DNA of 63,034 nt, filler included, from Elsinoe ampelina (Eukaryota), in the NCBI GenBank assembly GCA_010093995.1. It is 3 parts of 3 records of this genome, joined end to end, with 100 filler letters (N's around TTAATTAATTAA, not from the genome) between each part and the next. Parts side by side here need not be neighbours in the genome. Positions count along the whole stretch, not along the records: positions 1 to 31,843 come from ML992551.1; 2 more parts are not named here. One strand, written 5' to 3'. A model generated the notes under the pieces. That model was given only the letters and a program-made list of their open reading frames with translations. It was not told the DNA's origin and did not search any database. This document shows, one piece after another, positions 1-12,700 of this stretch (positions are counted from its first letter, which is position 1; the number at the start of each line of letters is the position of its first letter). The position numbers were made by a program, and so were the translations under genes.

Positions 1-490
1 TAACCTCTAGTACTATCTTTCTAATATTAGCTTTTAAGTAGTTATAGTATAACTATTAGGGCAGGGTTAGGGCGGCCGAAGGCTAACCCTAGTACTAGTA
101 TAGAGCTATTCTTAGCGGGTCGGCACCTAGTGCTAAACTAAATAGTACTAGCTCTATACCCTACTATATTAGTACTAGTACTAGTACTACGCTAAGCTAT
201 ACTAGTACTAGCACCGTACCGTAGTTAAGTAAGAATAGCACCGTACTATAATAGCGCTATACTACACTACGATAGCACTACACTAAATTAGTACTAGAGT
301 TAAATTCTAGTATTATACTACGTTATAGTACTACGCCTTAGTTAGGCTTTAAGGCGACTATAGTTACTATACTATACTTTAGCATTGCAATAAGTCTATA
401 GAAAGGAAATTTAATAGTCTAGTCTATATAAAAATATACCTGTCTATTTCTTATAGTCTATTCTTATAGCATTATAGAGGAAAGGTCTTA

Positions 491-1072
491 CTAATTAGAG
501 AAAGCAAGTAGGTAGTACTTATTATAATATTTCCTAGTAAGCTAAGAGTCTTTCTATATAATAGTATAACGCTTAGCATAGATAGCGTTAAGATTATAGT
601 CTACTATAGTTATTAGTATAAGGTATTATATATTTTAAATATATAGTTAATATACCTTTAAAATATTCTACTAGTATTGCCTTACTTGCTTCCTAGAGAC
701 ACTTAATAGTATCTAGCGTAAAGCGTAAATCTCTACTTATAAGTGTTAACTTAATATCTTACGTAATGTCGTAAATAACATAGGAGAAGAGAAGCTTACG
801 TATAAGAAGTTTAGTTATCTTCTAGTAGCAACGAATCTCTCGGAGAACAATAGCTATACTATATTAGATATAAGACTATAAGAATTTACTATAAGAAACT
901 AACTACCTAGCTTAAACCTATAGCTCTTCGCCTAGCAAATTTGTCTAGTTAATACTAGTCTAAATTTTGTTACGTAACTACCTATAGTAGGCTTTTTAGT
1001 AGTGGTTTTCTTTGCGCTTTACTTCCTTAGCTTTACCCTTTTTAGAGGTGTTACTTGCTTCTTACAAGCTAT
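491..1072 (-). pseudogene. Histone H3-like variant gene, RIP-inactivated, carried inside the hAT element
   Basis: Minus-strand spliced reading (introns ~42 nt, 903-854, 655-601): [32 protein letters not shown] / AKSYRFKLGT / [63 protein letters not shown] / YNLNAIYAKRYTII*KDS*LTRK. Collinear with H3; stops and many differences are explicable as C>T/G>A changes. Confidence 0.9.
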
Positions 1073-1449
1073 AGCTACGTAAATTTATTAAATTAATTAT
1101 TAAAATTTGTTTATAAAGATAGAGAAGAGTAAGGCAAAAATACTAAGAGCGAGATATTAAGCCTTATTAAGGAATTTATAATAGTATATAGAATATAAAT
1201 TTTGTATTATTATTCTCTACTATAACGACTTTACATTAACAATATTAATAACTTTATATTAGTATAATAATAGGATTAATACCTATTATTACTTATATTT
1301 CTAGCTACTCTATTTACTATATGTATAAGAAATACTAAATCCTTCTCTCCTTATCTTCTTCTTATAAAACTTATATCTTATATTTCGCTCCCTATTATAC
1401 TTAATATTCTACCTTCTCTTACAAATTACTACTAATTCTCGATCTATAA

Positions 1450-2750
1450 TGTCTACTAATCCTATAGATTAGTAAACCTTTAGTAAAGAGGAAGAGATAA
1501 CTAATACCCTAGTAATTAAAACTAAAGAAATAACTAAGGAAGAGGAAGTAATTCTTACTATAATAGGAGTAATTCTTATAGATGCTTCTTATAGTTAAAT
1601 ACTAACTAGACTATAGAGTTTTAATTCTAAGGCTAATAAGATTAAATACTAGATTAAAAATCACTCTTAAAATACTAAAACTCCTCGCTATAGCTACCCT
1701 CTTAGAATTCTATAGTAGAAAGTATAGCTTAGTAATACCTAGTAAGCTATTTAGTAAAGAGATTACGCTGTATAAGCTAGTATAGAGGAGAAAGCCCTTA
1801 CTACTACTAGTAATACTAATCGCTCTATAAAATATATACTTAAGGTAAAACTTAAGAACTCTAAGGAATTCTAAGTAATATTCGATAAGAAGAAAGAAGC
1901 TACCTTCGATATAGTATATAAGAAGATAGCGGAGACTCGCTATTATACCTAGTAGAGTAGTATATTTCTTATAGCATATTCTTACGGTATATCTACTAAT
2001 TCTATATAGGGGAATAGTTAAAGGATAAGTTTATATCTATCTACTAAAAATAGAGTAGTATTTATAAAGCTAATACTCTTCTTCGCTATAAGTAACTCCT
2101 TACTAATTATATAAAGAAGATGCTCTATAACGAGACAAATATATTTCCGAATTGCTAAGTAAAATATCTTCTCGGCACTAGTGGAATTCTTAAGAAATAG
2201 ATCTATAAGATCTACTACAATAGTATTAACTCGCTATATAATACTAGCAACTATAACAATAGTAACTAAGCTAAGTTTAAGAAGTTTATTAAGAATATAA
2301 CACCTACTAAACTCTAAGTAGTATAGGTAGATAATTAGGTATATATTATTTCTTATAGTTGTTTCTTATAGTTATATACTAATCTATTAAAGTAAATATA
2401 AACCTACCCCTAAATTAGAATTTAAGTACAAGAATAACAATATTTTACTTAAATCTAATAATTACTACGTTAAGTATAGTAATAACAAGGTTAAAGAAGA
2501 AGTCGAGAATAACTCTAAGATTAAGAACCTCCTTAATAAGAAACCCGACAAGTACAAGACTAAGGAAGTAGCTAAAATACACTATAAGGTAGTTGCTACT
2601 AAAGACTTTAATAATTCTAATAAAGAGAATTAGGATAAAGATAATAATAAGGCAATAGATAAGAGTAATAATAATAATAAGAAGAGTAAGGGTAAGAACA
2701 ACATAGATAAGAATAAATAGATTAACCTTAAGTTAGGAAAATTAAACTAT
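1450..2750 (+). pseudogene. RIP-degenerate ORF of unknown function inside the hAT element (boundaries approximate)
   Basis: ATG at ~1450 followed by a codon-like E/K-rich reading broken by TAA/TAG; charged low-complexity tail ~2470-2750; no family recognised. Confidence 0.35.
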
Positions 2751-3099
2751 AGTTTTAGTAGCTTTCTAGTTCTACACTATTAAAATTTTTTTAATCTATA
2801 AATTAAAAGTAGCTAACGGATTTTTATAGAGCATTCTTATAGTCTTCTACTCCTTGTTATATAGCTAGTAATATTCTATATCTCTACTCTTAAAATGTTA
2901 GTATTTAATAAAGACTCGGTTAATTCTTAACTATAGATACTCTTAGAAGTTATTACGCTACTACTACCTCTCCCCTACAAGCTTAAAGAGTTCTATGTTA
3001 ATTACTAGAATAATCTATCCTCTACTCGATTCTATAAAACTATTAAAATTGTTAGCTATCCGCTCTACTAACTAGATATACTACTTAAAGAATAGCTAG

Positions 3100-5300
3100 C
3101 TATATAAGCCTAGAAAATATAGTAGCCTATAACATTAATAGGTAGCGAATTAAGAGTTAGCGAAACACGAAACTTACTAAACTAGAATTCTATAACCCGC
3201 TATAGAGTTATTTAGGCCAACTTTAATAAAGGTACTAAGCTTGCTAATAGAATATCTCTTATATATTGTCTCCGCTATAGTAGAGCTTTATAACACCTAA
3301 TAACAAACTCGATTAGTAATAAACACCTAATAAAACATCTCGGACACTAAAGCTACTAGAATATAAAATCTCCTAGCTATAAACGATTAGTAGCTTAGAT
3401 AGCTCTAACGTAATTAAAAGTAAACGCTACTAGTACTATATCCTATATACTATAATTCTCCCTAGAATAATTTAAAAAAGAGCTTATTAAGGTCCTTATT
3501 AATTATAATTAGTTATTCTAAATAGTCGACAATTTCTTCTTTCTCTGATTTATATATTTCCTCTAGCTATATACTAATATTCTAGGTCGAACGCGGGCCT
3601 TAGAGCTATTAAAAGAGTACTATAAGGACATTTAGTCTAATCTTCTTACTAATCTCGGTAGTTAGACAAAAGTTTTAATTATGCTAGATAGCTAGTCTAC
3701 TAATAACTATCTAAGTTTTATAGCTATAAAGGCATACTACATTAACGATAACTAGTAAGTACGTAAGTACCTACTAGATTTTATACTAATTAGTAGACGG
3801 TATACTAGAGTTACGCTTAGCACGGAACTACTAAGGGTTCTAAATAAAAAAAAGATTAATATACGCCTTCTCGCTATTATAGCGGACAATATAAGTAACA
3901 ATAACACTCTACGATCTAAAGTATAATAAGGTCTTAAGAAGAAGAGTATATACTAGTCCTCTATTAAGAATATAATTCTATATCTAGCCTACGTAATTAA
4001 TCTTATCGTATAAGATATTATTTAAGCTTTATAGCTAGAAACTACCGAGGACAATAAGAAAGCTAATAAGCTCGAGAAGTAGTATCTCTATAATATCTAA
4101 ATAACTCTATTAGTTCCGAATTCCCTCTATAAAGTAAGTTATATTTCTTATAGTTCTTTCTTATAATTTTTTAACTAATTTTAAAGCTTTACGCGATTTA
4201 TATTATAATTAACTAATCCTCTTAACACTACTAATACTTTAAATCCCTTTAAGCGTATCTACCTCCTTATAAATAACTCTTAGTCGTTTAGGACGTTTAT
4301 ACCTATTAGAACTCGATGTATAATATATGTAAGTAAGCTATTAAACTTTAACTAATTATTAATAAATAGCTTAACGCAGAGATTGTAATTGTATATAAGC
4401 CCTAAACTAATAAAGCGCTAGCTAATTAAGATATAGTATCTATCGATCGCGTAGATATAAAACACCTTTACTTTAGCTATACTAAATAGGTATATCTAAA
4501 GATTGTTATCTAAATACTAGAGAATTTTAAGAATATAACTAACTAGCTAAGTTAGTCTTATACGCTATTAGTACAATATATATAGCTTATATATAATACT
4601 CTTTTTAACTTTCTTAACGTAGTTAAGTCTACTTAGGAAGAGGACAATAACTTAGACTAGCTATTAGTTATATAAAATGTAGCGAAAGCTAGTTATACTA
4701 AGCTTTCTAAGTATTATAAGTAAATAAGTAGAGGTTAAGGTTTTCTATTTAATTATAGTATAATCTTAGATCTAACTTAGAAACTTAGTACGTATAAGTA
4801 TACTTCGTAGGAACTACATTTTAAATTACTTTACTATAAATAGTTCCTCGACTATCTTAATTACTATAATAATAACTACCCTTCTTAAACTACTCTCTTG
4901 CCTTCTCTACTAGCCTTATCTATTACTTACTAGTTTAAGAAGCCTTCCTTGTCGAATATAGAGAGTAGCTTTATACCTCTAGTATCTAGCTAAGATAATA
5001 TACTTTCGTAAGGGTAGAGTAATATCTATATAATAAGGATAGAAGGGGAGAATTACCTTAGGACTCTACCTATATAGGAAATATTAGAATTTAATATTCT
5101 TTCTTAGTAGAAAGAAAATAAGTACTTATTCCTATAACTAGCTCGTGTTACTTGTAATGTTCTTATAATACTAATTGCTAGTATAGGTGTTAAATGTGTT
5201 TTTAATGTAGCGAAGAATATTATTAGCAATTAAAGGTATAGACTACTTCCGTAGACAATTTAACAAATTATAGTCTCTAAGCTAGTAAAAAACAATCTTT
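3100..5300 (+). pseudogene. hAT transposase relic (boundaries approximate)
   Basis: BED-finger-like CLRY..HL..HL (~3265-3350); MLDS*STNNYLSFIAIKAYYINDN* (3681; LDxWT..F.AI..HYID..W motif); AIIADNISNN (~3873); YLAYVINLIV (CxxH, ~3981); S**KENKYLFL*LARV...IASIGVKCVFN (hAT dimerisation region, ~5102-5206). Confidence 0.9.
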
Positions 5301-8300
5301 AAAACATCTAATCGGCTAAGACGGACAATTTTACTACTGCTAATAATAATACTAATAGCGGATAGATAGCATAAGTAACAACTTTAGAGATATTACTACT
5401 TATAGTTTAAGCGATAAAGAGGTTAACAAGGAAGAAGAGTATAATAAGGACGAAGATCTACTATATAACATTACTAAGGTTAGAGGCTAGTATTCTAAGC
5501 GTATCTAGTTAATAGCTTCTAAGCAATAACGCTCTTATAGTATCTATACTAATACCTACCCTAAAGTACTTCCGCGCGTACCTTCCCTATTACTATATAT
5601 AATTCTACCTACTAATACTAATAGTCTCTCTTCGTTAGTTGCTCTAAGGAAGCTTATTCCCTTACTCGCTAGTATCTTTAATATAACTATATTTATATCT
5701 ACGTTAGTTGTACTAGATTCGCTTATAAAAACGTCAACGAGGAAATCGTATAGATCGACTATAATACAAAGGCTAAAGCTATAACTAATCTCCGCGCTAC
5801 TCCTCTTATTATTAACCTTAATAACTACCCCCGCTATAGTACCTACAACCTTAGCTAACTTATTACCGACACTACTCTCTACACTATTACTAATATTTAC
5901 CTTATTATACTCTCGACTTCCTTACTAGGTTTAAGCCTGATAATAGTTAGGTTACTTTCTAGAATAATACTAATAGTAAAGAGAACAACGAGGGAGATAC
6001 TTCTACCGCTAGTACCGATAGTACTACCTAGAGTAGTAATATAACTACTAGTATAGCTAGAGGTAATATAAATACTTCTACTTTAAGAGCTTATATACGC
6101 CGTTGTTATAGTTAATTTTAGTTACTTATAGGAAGAGGTAACATAATTAAGTCTTTATAAAGTATAAGTCTATATTATTAATAACTATCTAAAGCTATTA
6201 GCCTGCCGACGCTTTAACTACGCTACCTTAATTAGATTAGTTATCGGAAGAAATACTATTATTACTATCGTCGACGTAATTTAACTCCTTCTACTTATAT
6301 TTAACGTTATAGCGTATAGTAAAGAGTAAGAGTAGATCTACTCTTCTGTTAAGAATAAGACAATTAATAGTGCGCTATATGTTAATTAGGTTAAAGATAT
6401 TGTCGGTCTATAAGATATTATACTAATATTTGTTAGATTATAGAGAAAGATTAGATTAGAAATACCTATAAAGTTATAAGGGGTATTATAAGTACGGTAG
6501 GCTTTATAGCAAAGTACCGAACCTCTATAGTTATTATAGATACATTCGGCCTAGATTTCGTAGTTGTTATTAAAGTCGAGATATATAAGAGTTATATAGT
6601 AGATATAGGCTTTATACTAACGTAGGTATAAGGGCCTAGCGCGGTTGCTAGGAGTTATCTTATAAGGCTAAAAGGGGATTAGATCTACTAGGTCGGGGTA
6701 GAGTTAAGCGTAAGAAGGAGACATTATAGAAGAAGGTATTAAACGACAAGAAAGAGAGGTTTAAGAGAAAGAAGGAGGAATAGTAACTAAAAGGTATATA
6801 TATCTAGCGTTACCTATTATAAGAACGACAATATAGATAATAGCTATTATCTGTTATAAAAAAACAATAATACTAATAATAGCTATTATTAAACAATAGC
6901 TATTATTATACTAAGGGATATAAGTAGATTATTAGCTAAGTTACTTCTTTCTCTCCTTAGAAACATTTAAATAACTATCTAGTATACCTTTACGTCGCTA
7001 TAGTATAACTTATACTAACAGTTGCTAGAATTTAAGCAAATTTACTACTATATCTACTACTTGTCTCTCTATTATTCGTTAGGCTAATATTACTTATCGT
7101 AAATTTATTAACAACCTTTAGGCAGAGATTAAGGCCCTAGACGGCCTTATACTTACTATTAACTAGCAATCTAATAGTATTAAGGCAATTCGTAACTATA
7201 CTATAAGTTAGTAGAAAGGCTAAACTACCTAGAACTAATTATTCTAGTCTTAGACTCTACCTAATAGCTTTAGTACTCCGGTTTACTAGTTAAGAGTTAT
7301 AATTTATATAAGAGTAAACTTACTAAAGATAGAATATCCTCCGGATAAAGCAGATAATAAGATAATAAGGTATTAGTTCTAGGTAGTATACAGCTTACTA
7401 GCTAAGTACGTAAAATAGGCTCGTAGGAGTTATATAGATAATGTTAATTAGGTTAATCTTCTACAAATTACTATTAGGTCGTAATTATATATAAGGGTTA
7501 ATAATTAATAACTTTTGCTTCTCTCTAGTATTCTTTACCTACTGTAACTTTAAGCGTTTAGAGCGGAAAAGTAACAAGAGTTATAGGACATAGTAGTTGC
7601 TATAAGAATTTACTATAAGAATAGCGACTCTAGTACAGTACTAGTAAGGGTATACTAAGGACTTAATAGTACTATACTACTTATCTACCGACCTAACCTA
7701 GTACTATACTACGTCTAGAATATATACGACCTAACCTGTATCTAGTACTAGTACGGTGCTATTATAGCTACGGTATAGAGCTAGTACTAGTACTACTAAG
7801 CCCTTAGCGGCACTACGCTAGCTAGAGGCCGACCTAAACCCTAGTGTAGTACTAAACCTAAAGGGGCCGACCCTGCCCTAATAGTTATACTAAGTAGTTA
7901 TAATAGCTAGATTTGCTCTTATAGCCTATAGCTTTTATAGTTTTAGCCTTATAGGTAATTTCTTATAGTTCTAAGGCTTATAGACTTTAAAGTTCTTAAG
8001 CTATTTAACTCTTTTAAAGTATTTAATAAGGCTAACTTCCTTTCTATCCTTTATTAAGGATTTACTAACTATAGAGATACTAAGTTCCTCTTTATTCTAA
8101 AGGTTAGATATAAGAGTATTTAGTAATAATAGTAAGTATATATAATTATAAAGCTTAATAATTAACTTCTTACCTTTGCTATTAGTTAGAGTAAGCCTAA
8201 CTATACTAACTTCTATATTAAGTAGCTTCTTTATACTAATAGCTTATTTAAATTTAAGAACACCTTTATATACCTTAATTATTAAGAACTATAACCTATC

Positions 8301-9592
8301 TTTAATAAAGTACCTTAATATACTAAAGTTATAGATTACTCTATTCTTACTATAGGTTAAGAATAATAATATAGATACTACTACTACTCTATAGACTAGT
8401 ATAATAATATTAATATTAGTGTTAGAGCGTTTATCTAATTTACCTACCTTAGTAGGTTTTCTAGATTCTTTAATAGCTACTTAACCTTTAACTTTCTTAG
8501 TCTTTAACTTGTTACTTTTACCTTTAGCCTTTATACCTTTATTATTTAACCTATCTTTATTATCCCTTTTACTCTAACTCTTTAGTACTTTCTTAGGGTA
8601 CTACTTAAAGTAATCTATATTAGAGTAGATATAATAAGTATACTAAGTATATTAATCCTTAATATAACTAGCTACTCTATAAATAGAGTTTAGATTAGTT
8701 CTTCTATTATATAGGGGCTTCTATATTCTAAAAGAGTCTATTATCTCTTTAAAACTCTTCTTATAGTTAAGAGTAGATCTCTTACTCCTTAACTATTTAG
8801 TAGTCTCTATTTCTATAATAAATATAGTCTTAATATAGTATAGAGGGAGCCTAAACTTATCTAGTTTAGTACTAATAGTGCTTACTCTTTACTCTATAGT
8901 AATAGTATATTAATAATAGTACTTTATAAAATCTTTATAGTACCTTTAGGTGTTCTAACTTATTATAATTACCTTATTAAGGTTATAGATAGCTATATAT
9001 AGCTTATATAAAATAATAGGTTTAAATATAGCTTTAATAATATCTAGAAGTTCCTTTAAAGTCTTCTAAGTTATACTATAGTAAGGTCTAATAGATTTAT
9101 AAATCCTTATTATAATAATACTATAAGTAATTCTATTATTCTTATACTAGGTCTTATTCCTAACCTTATAGAGTACCTTAGTACCTTTACTAGTATCTAG
9201 GGCTAGTTCTTTAGGCTTTATAACTACTAGTATCTAGTTAATGTTATAAATTGTATATCTAAGTATATCCTTTTTAAAGAGAGCTACCTTAAGAGTTAAT
9301 CTCTAAGTATTATAGTTACTCCCTCTCTTAAGAATCTAAGTCTTAAGCATTTTTACTAATCTAGACATAATAATAGTAATTAGCTAAAGGCCTATTAATT
9401 TAATTAATGTAATTAGCTTATTTAAGCTGTTTAAGCTATTTAATTAAAGGGTTAATATAGGCTACTATAAGTGTTTATCTTAATGTAGCTAGTCTAGAAT
9501 TTAGTATAGGCGGCTTAGTAATCCTTTTAATAATAACACGCTTAATTTGCTATAGCTTTAAGTGCTTTTATAGAAGCGCTAGGCTTATAACC

Positions 9593-9734
9593 TATTATAA
9601 CTAGCAAATCGGATCGAGAGACATATATTTCATTTAGAGAGTTATAATAACTAATTTATCTACTATGCGTGCGCTGACTTATTAGTACTAGTTCTTTAGT
9701 ACTAGAGAAGCTATACTAGCCTTCTATTATAACA
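9593..9734 (-). repeat. Copia family A LTR (5' LTR of the minus-strand copy), 142 bp
   Basis: Reverse complement of 9766-9907, 16350-16491 and 35839-35980. Confidence 0.9.
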
Positions 9735-9765
9735 TCCTTTACCGGACTAGAATATTATACAAGGA

Positions 9766-12700
9766 TATTATAATAGAAGGCTAGTATAGCTTCTCTAGTA
9801 CTAAAGAACTAGCACTAATAAGTTAGCACACGTATAGTAGATAAATTAGTTATTATAACTCTCTAAATAAAATATATATCTCTCGATCCGATTTGCTAGT
9901 TATAATAGGTTATAAGCCCGGCGCTTCTACAAAAGTACTTAAAGCTATAGTAAATTAAGCGTGTTATTATTAAAAGAATTACTAAGCCGCCTATACTAAA
10001 TTCTAGACTAGCTACATTAAGATAAACACTTATAGTAGCCCGTATTAACCCTTTAATTAAATAGCTTAAACAGCTTAAATAAGCTAATTATATTAATTAA
10101 ATTAATAGGCCTTTAGCTAATTACTATTATTATGTCTAGATTAGCAAAAATGCTTAAGACTTAGATTCTTAAGAGAGGGAGTAACTATAATACTTAGAGA
10201 TTAACTCTTAAGGTAGCNNNNNNNNNNNNNNNNNNNNNNNNNNNNNNNNNNNNNNNNNNNNNNNNNNNNNNNNNNNNNNNNNNNNNNNNNNNNNNNNNNN
10301 NNNNNNNNNNNNNNNNNNNNNNNNNNNNNNNNNNNNNNNNNNNNNNNNNNNNNNNNNNNNNNNNNNNNNNNNNNNNNNNNNNNNNNNNNNNNNNNNNTAG
10401 AGCAAAGAGTAAGCACTATTAGTGCTAAACTAAATAAGTTTAGGCTCCCTCTATACTATATTAAAACTATGTTTATTATAGGAATAGAGACTACTAAATA
10501 GTTAAGGAGCTAGAGATCTAGCCTTAACTATAAGAAGAGTCTTAAAGAGATAATAGGCTCTCTTAGAATATAGAAGCCCCTATATAATAGAAGAACTAAT
10601 CTAAACCCTATTTATAGAGTTGCTAGTTATATTAAGGATTAATATACTTAGTATACTTATTATATCTACTCTAATATAGATTACTTTAAGTAGTACCCTA
10701 AGAAAGTACTAAAGAGTTAGAGCAAAAGGAATAATAAAGATAGGTTAAATAATAAAGGTATAAAAGCTAAAGGTAAAGGTAACAAGTTAAAGACTAAGAA
10801 AGTTAAAGGTTAAGTAGCTATTAAAGAATCTAGAGAACCTACTAAAGTAAGTAAATTAGATAAACGCTCTAACACTAATATTAATATTATTATACTAGTC
10901 TATAGGGCAGTAGTAGTATCTATATTATTATCCTTAACCTATAGTAAGAATAGAGTAATCTATAACTCTAATATATTAAGGCACTTTATTAAAGATAGGT
11001 TATAGTTCTTAACAATTAAGGTATATAAAGGTATTCTTAAATTTAAATAAGCTATTAGTATAAAGAAGCTACTTAATATAGAAGTTAGTATAGTTAGGCT
11101 TACTCTAACTAATAGTAAAGGTAAGAAGTTAATTATTAAGCTTTATAATTATATATACTTACTATTATTACTAAATACTCTTATATCTAATCTTTAGAAT
11201 AAAGAGAAACTTAGTATCTCTATAGTTAGCAAATCCTTAATAAAGGATAGAAAGGAAGTTAGCCTTATTAAACACTTTAAAAGAGTTAAATAGCTTAAGA
11301 ACTTTAAAGTATATAAGCCTTAGGACTATAAGGAATTACCTATAAGGCTAAAACTATAGAAGTTATAGGCTATAAGAGTAAATCTAGCTATTATAACTAC
11401 TTAAAAGCTAACATTAGAAAGATAGCACTAGAGGTTAAACTATACTAGTAACACTATTCTCTCCCTTACTAAAAGTTAAGCTATTAGATTAGAAGAACTT
11501 TAAATATTAGATCTTAGCTACTATAAACTATATACTATATTAAAGGTATAGAAAGTAGTATTAAGAGAACTAAGAGATATACTAAAGTACTTACTAGATA
11601 AGCTTTATCTAGACCTTATTAGTCCTATTAAACTATAGTTAAGTAAGAGCTATAAATACCTTCTCTTTGTAATATATAGTAAAAGTAAGTACAAGTTTAT
11701 TACTATTCTCTTTCTTAAGAGTAATATATTAGTAGCAATTAAACTTATCTATATAAGGAACAAAATGGCCTATAATAAGCTTTTATTCGTCTTTATCTCT
11801 AATAGAGGAAGTAAATTTAAGAACTATAAACTAGTAATAGCTATTTATCTTAAAGGGTAGAGATAGAATATCTCTATACCTAATACTTAATACTAAAATA
11901 GTAAATCTAAGGCTACTAATAAAGTAGTTATTCTTAGAACAAGGTATATCTTTGTTAATTATAGAGCACCCCTTAAACTCTAGTATATAGTTATAGAGTT
12001 TATAATTTATATTAGTAATAGAATTACCTATACTAAAACTAAGAAGATCCCTATATAAGAGCTAAAAAAGAATCTTCTTAATAATAATAGGCTAGTCTTA
12101 TTAACTTATATTAGACGCTTTAGCTATAGAGCCTATATCTATAACTAATATATTTCTAAATTATACAAATTCTAAGCTAGAGTACTACTTAGTTAGTATA
12201 TTAGTATATAGAACAACTTAACAACTAATTACCTTATCTAGATACTCTATTAGTATTATACTTAGTAAGCCTAGAAGAGAAAAATTATTATATTACCCTA
12301 TATAACATTTAATAAGAATATAGTCTATAAAGACTAAGTAATATAAGTTATTAAATAGCTATATATCCTATAGGTATAATAACCTAAGGCTTTATAGCTT
12401 TAAGAGGAGCAGACATTTAGTAGTAATTATAATTAAGACTATAGCTATAATTAACTACCCTTTAGTTATAAGAATCTATAAACTACTTAGGCTAAACAAC
12501 CTTAAGCTAAATAACTAATATCTAACTACCCTTTAATCCCTAGATATAAATAATAATTATCTACCCTAGTTAAAGAATAGAAGGAGTAACACTAATATTC
12601 TAAACTAGATCCTTAACCTATTAATAAATAAGGGAAGCAACTTAATATTACTAATTATAAAGGTAAAGACTTTATAACACTACTACCTAAAGTTATTAGT

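Larger units (their letters stand above)
45..7892 (+). mobile_element. RIP-degenerate hAT-superfamily DNA transposon, 7.85 kb, with cargo genes
   Basis: 23-bp TIRs TAGTATAACTATTAGGGCAGGGT (45-67) and ACCCTGCCCTAATAGTTATACTA (7870-7892). 8-bp TSD AGTAGTTA at 37-44 and 7893-7900. The uninterrupted target appears once (as TAACTACT, ~11394-11401) in the sister Copia copy. Confidence 0.93.
1..9734 (-). mobile_element. RIP-degenerate Ty1/Copia LTR retrotransposon, family A. Only the 5' part is present (runs off the window start); interrupted by a hAT element at 45-7892.
   Basis: 1-44 and 7893-9592 are the reverse complement of the gag-pol region of the copy at 9766-16491. 5' LTR at 9593-9734 (142 bp); PBS (minus strand GGTTATAAGCC) ends at 9592. 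Confidence 0.9.

Noticed and set aside
55..95. TTAGGG/CCCTAA-like motifs suggesting a telomere
   Set aside because: Not a tandem array; they belong to the hAT TIR and subterminal region.
10201..10416. ORF-track entries made of X residues (also 32396-33127)
   Set aside because: Artefacts of N gaps.
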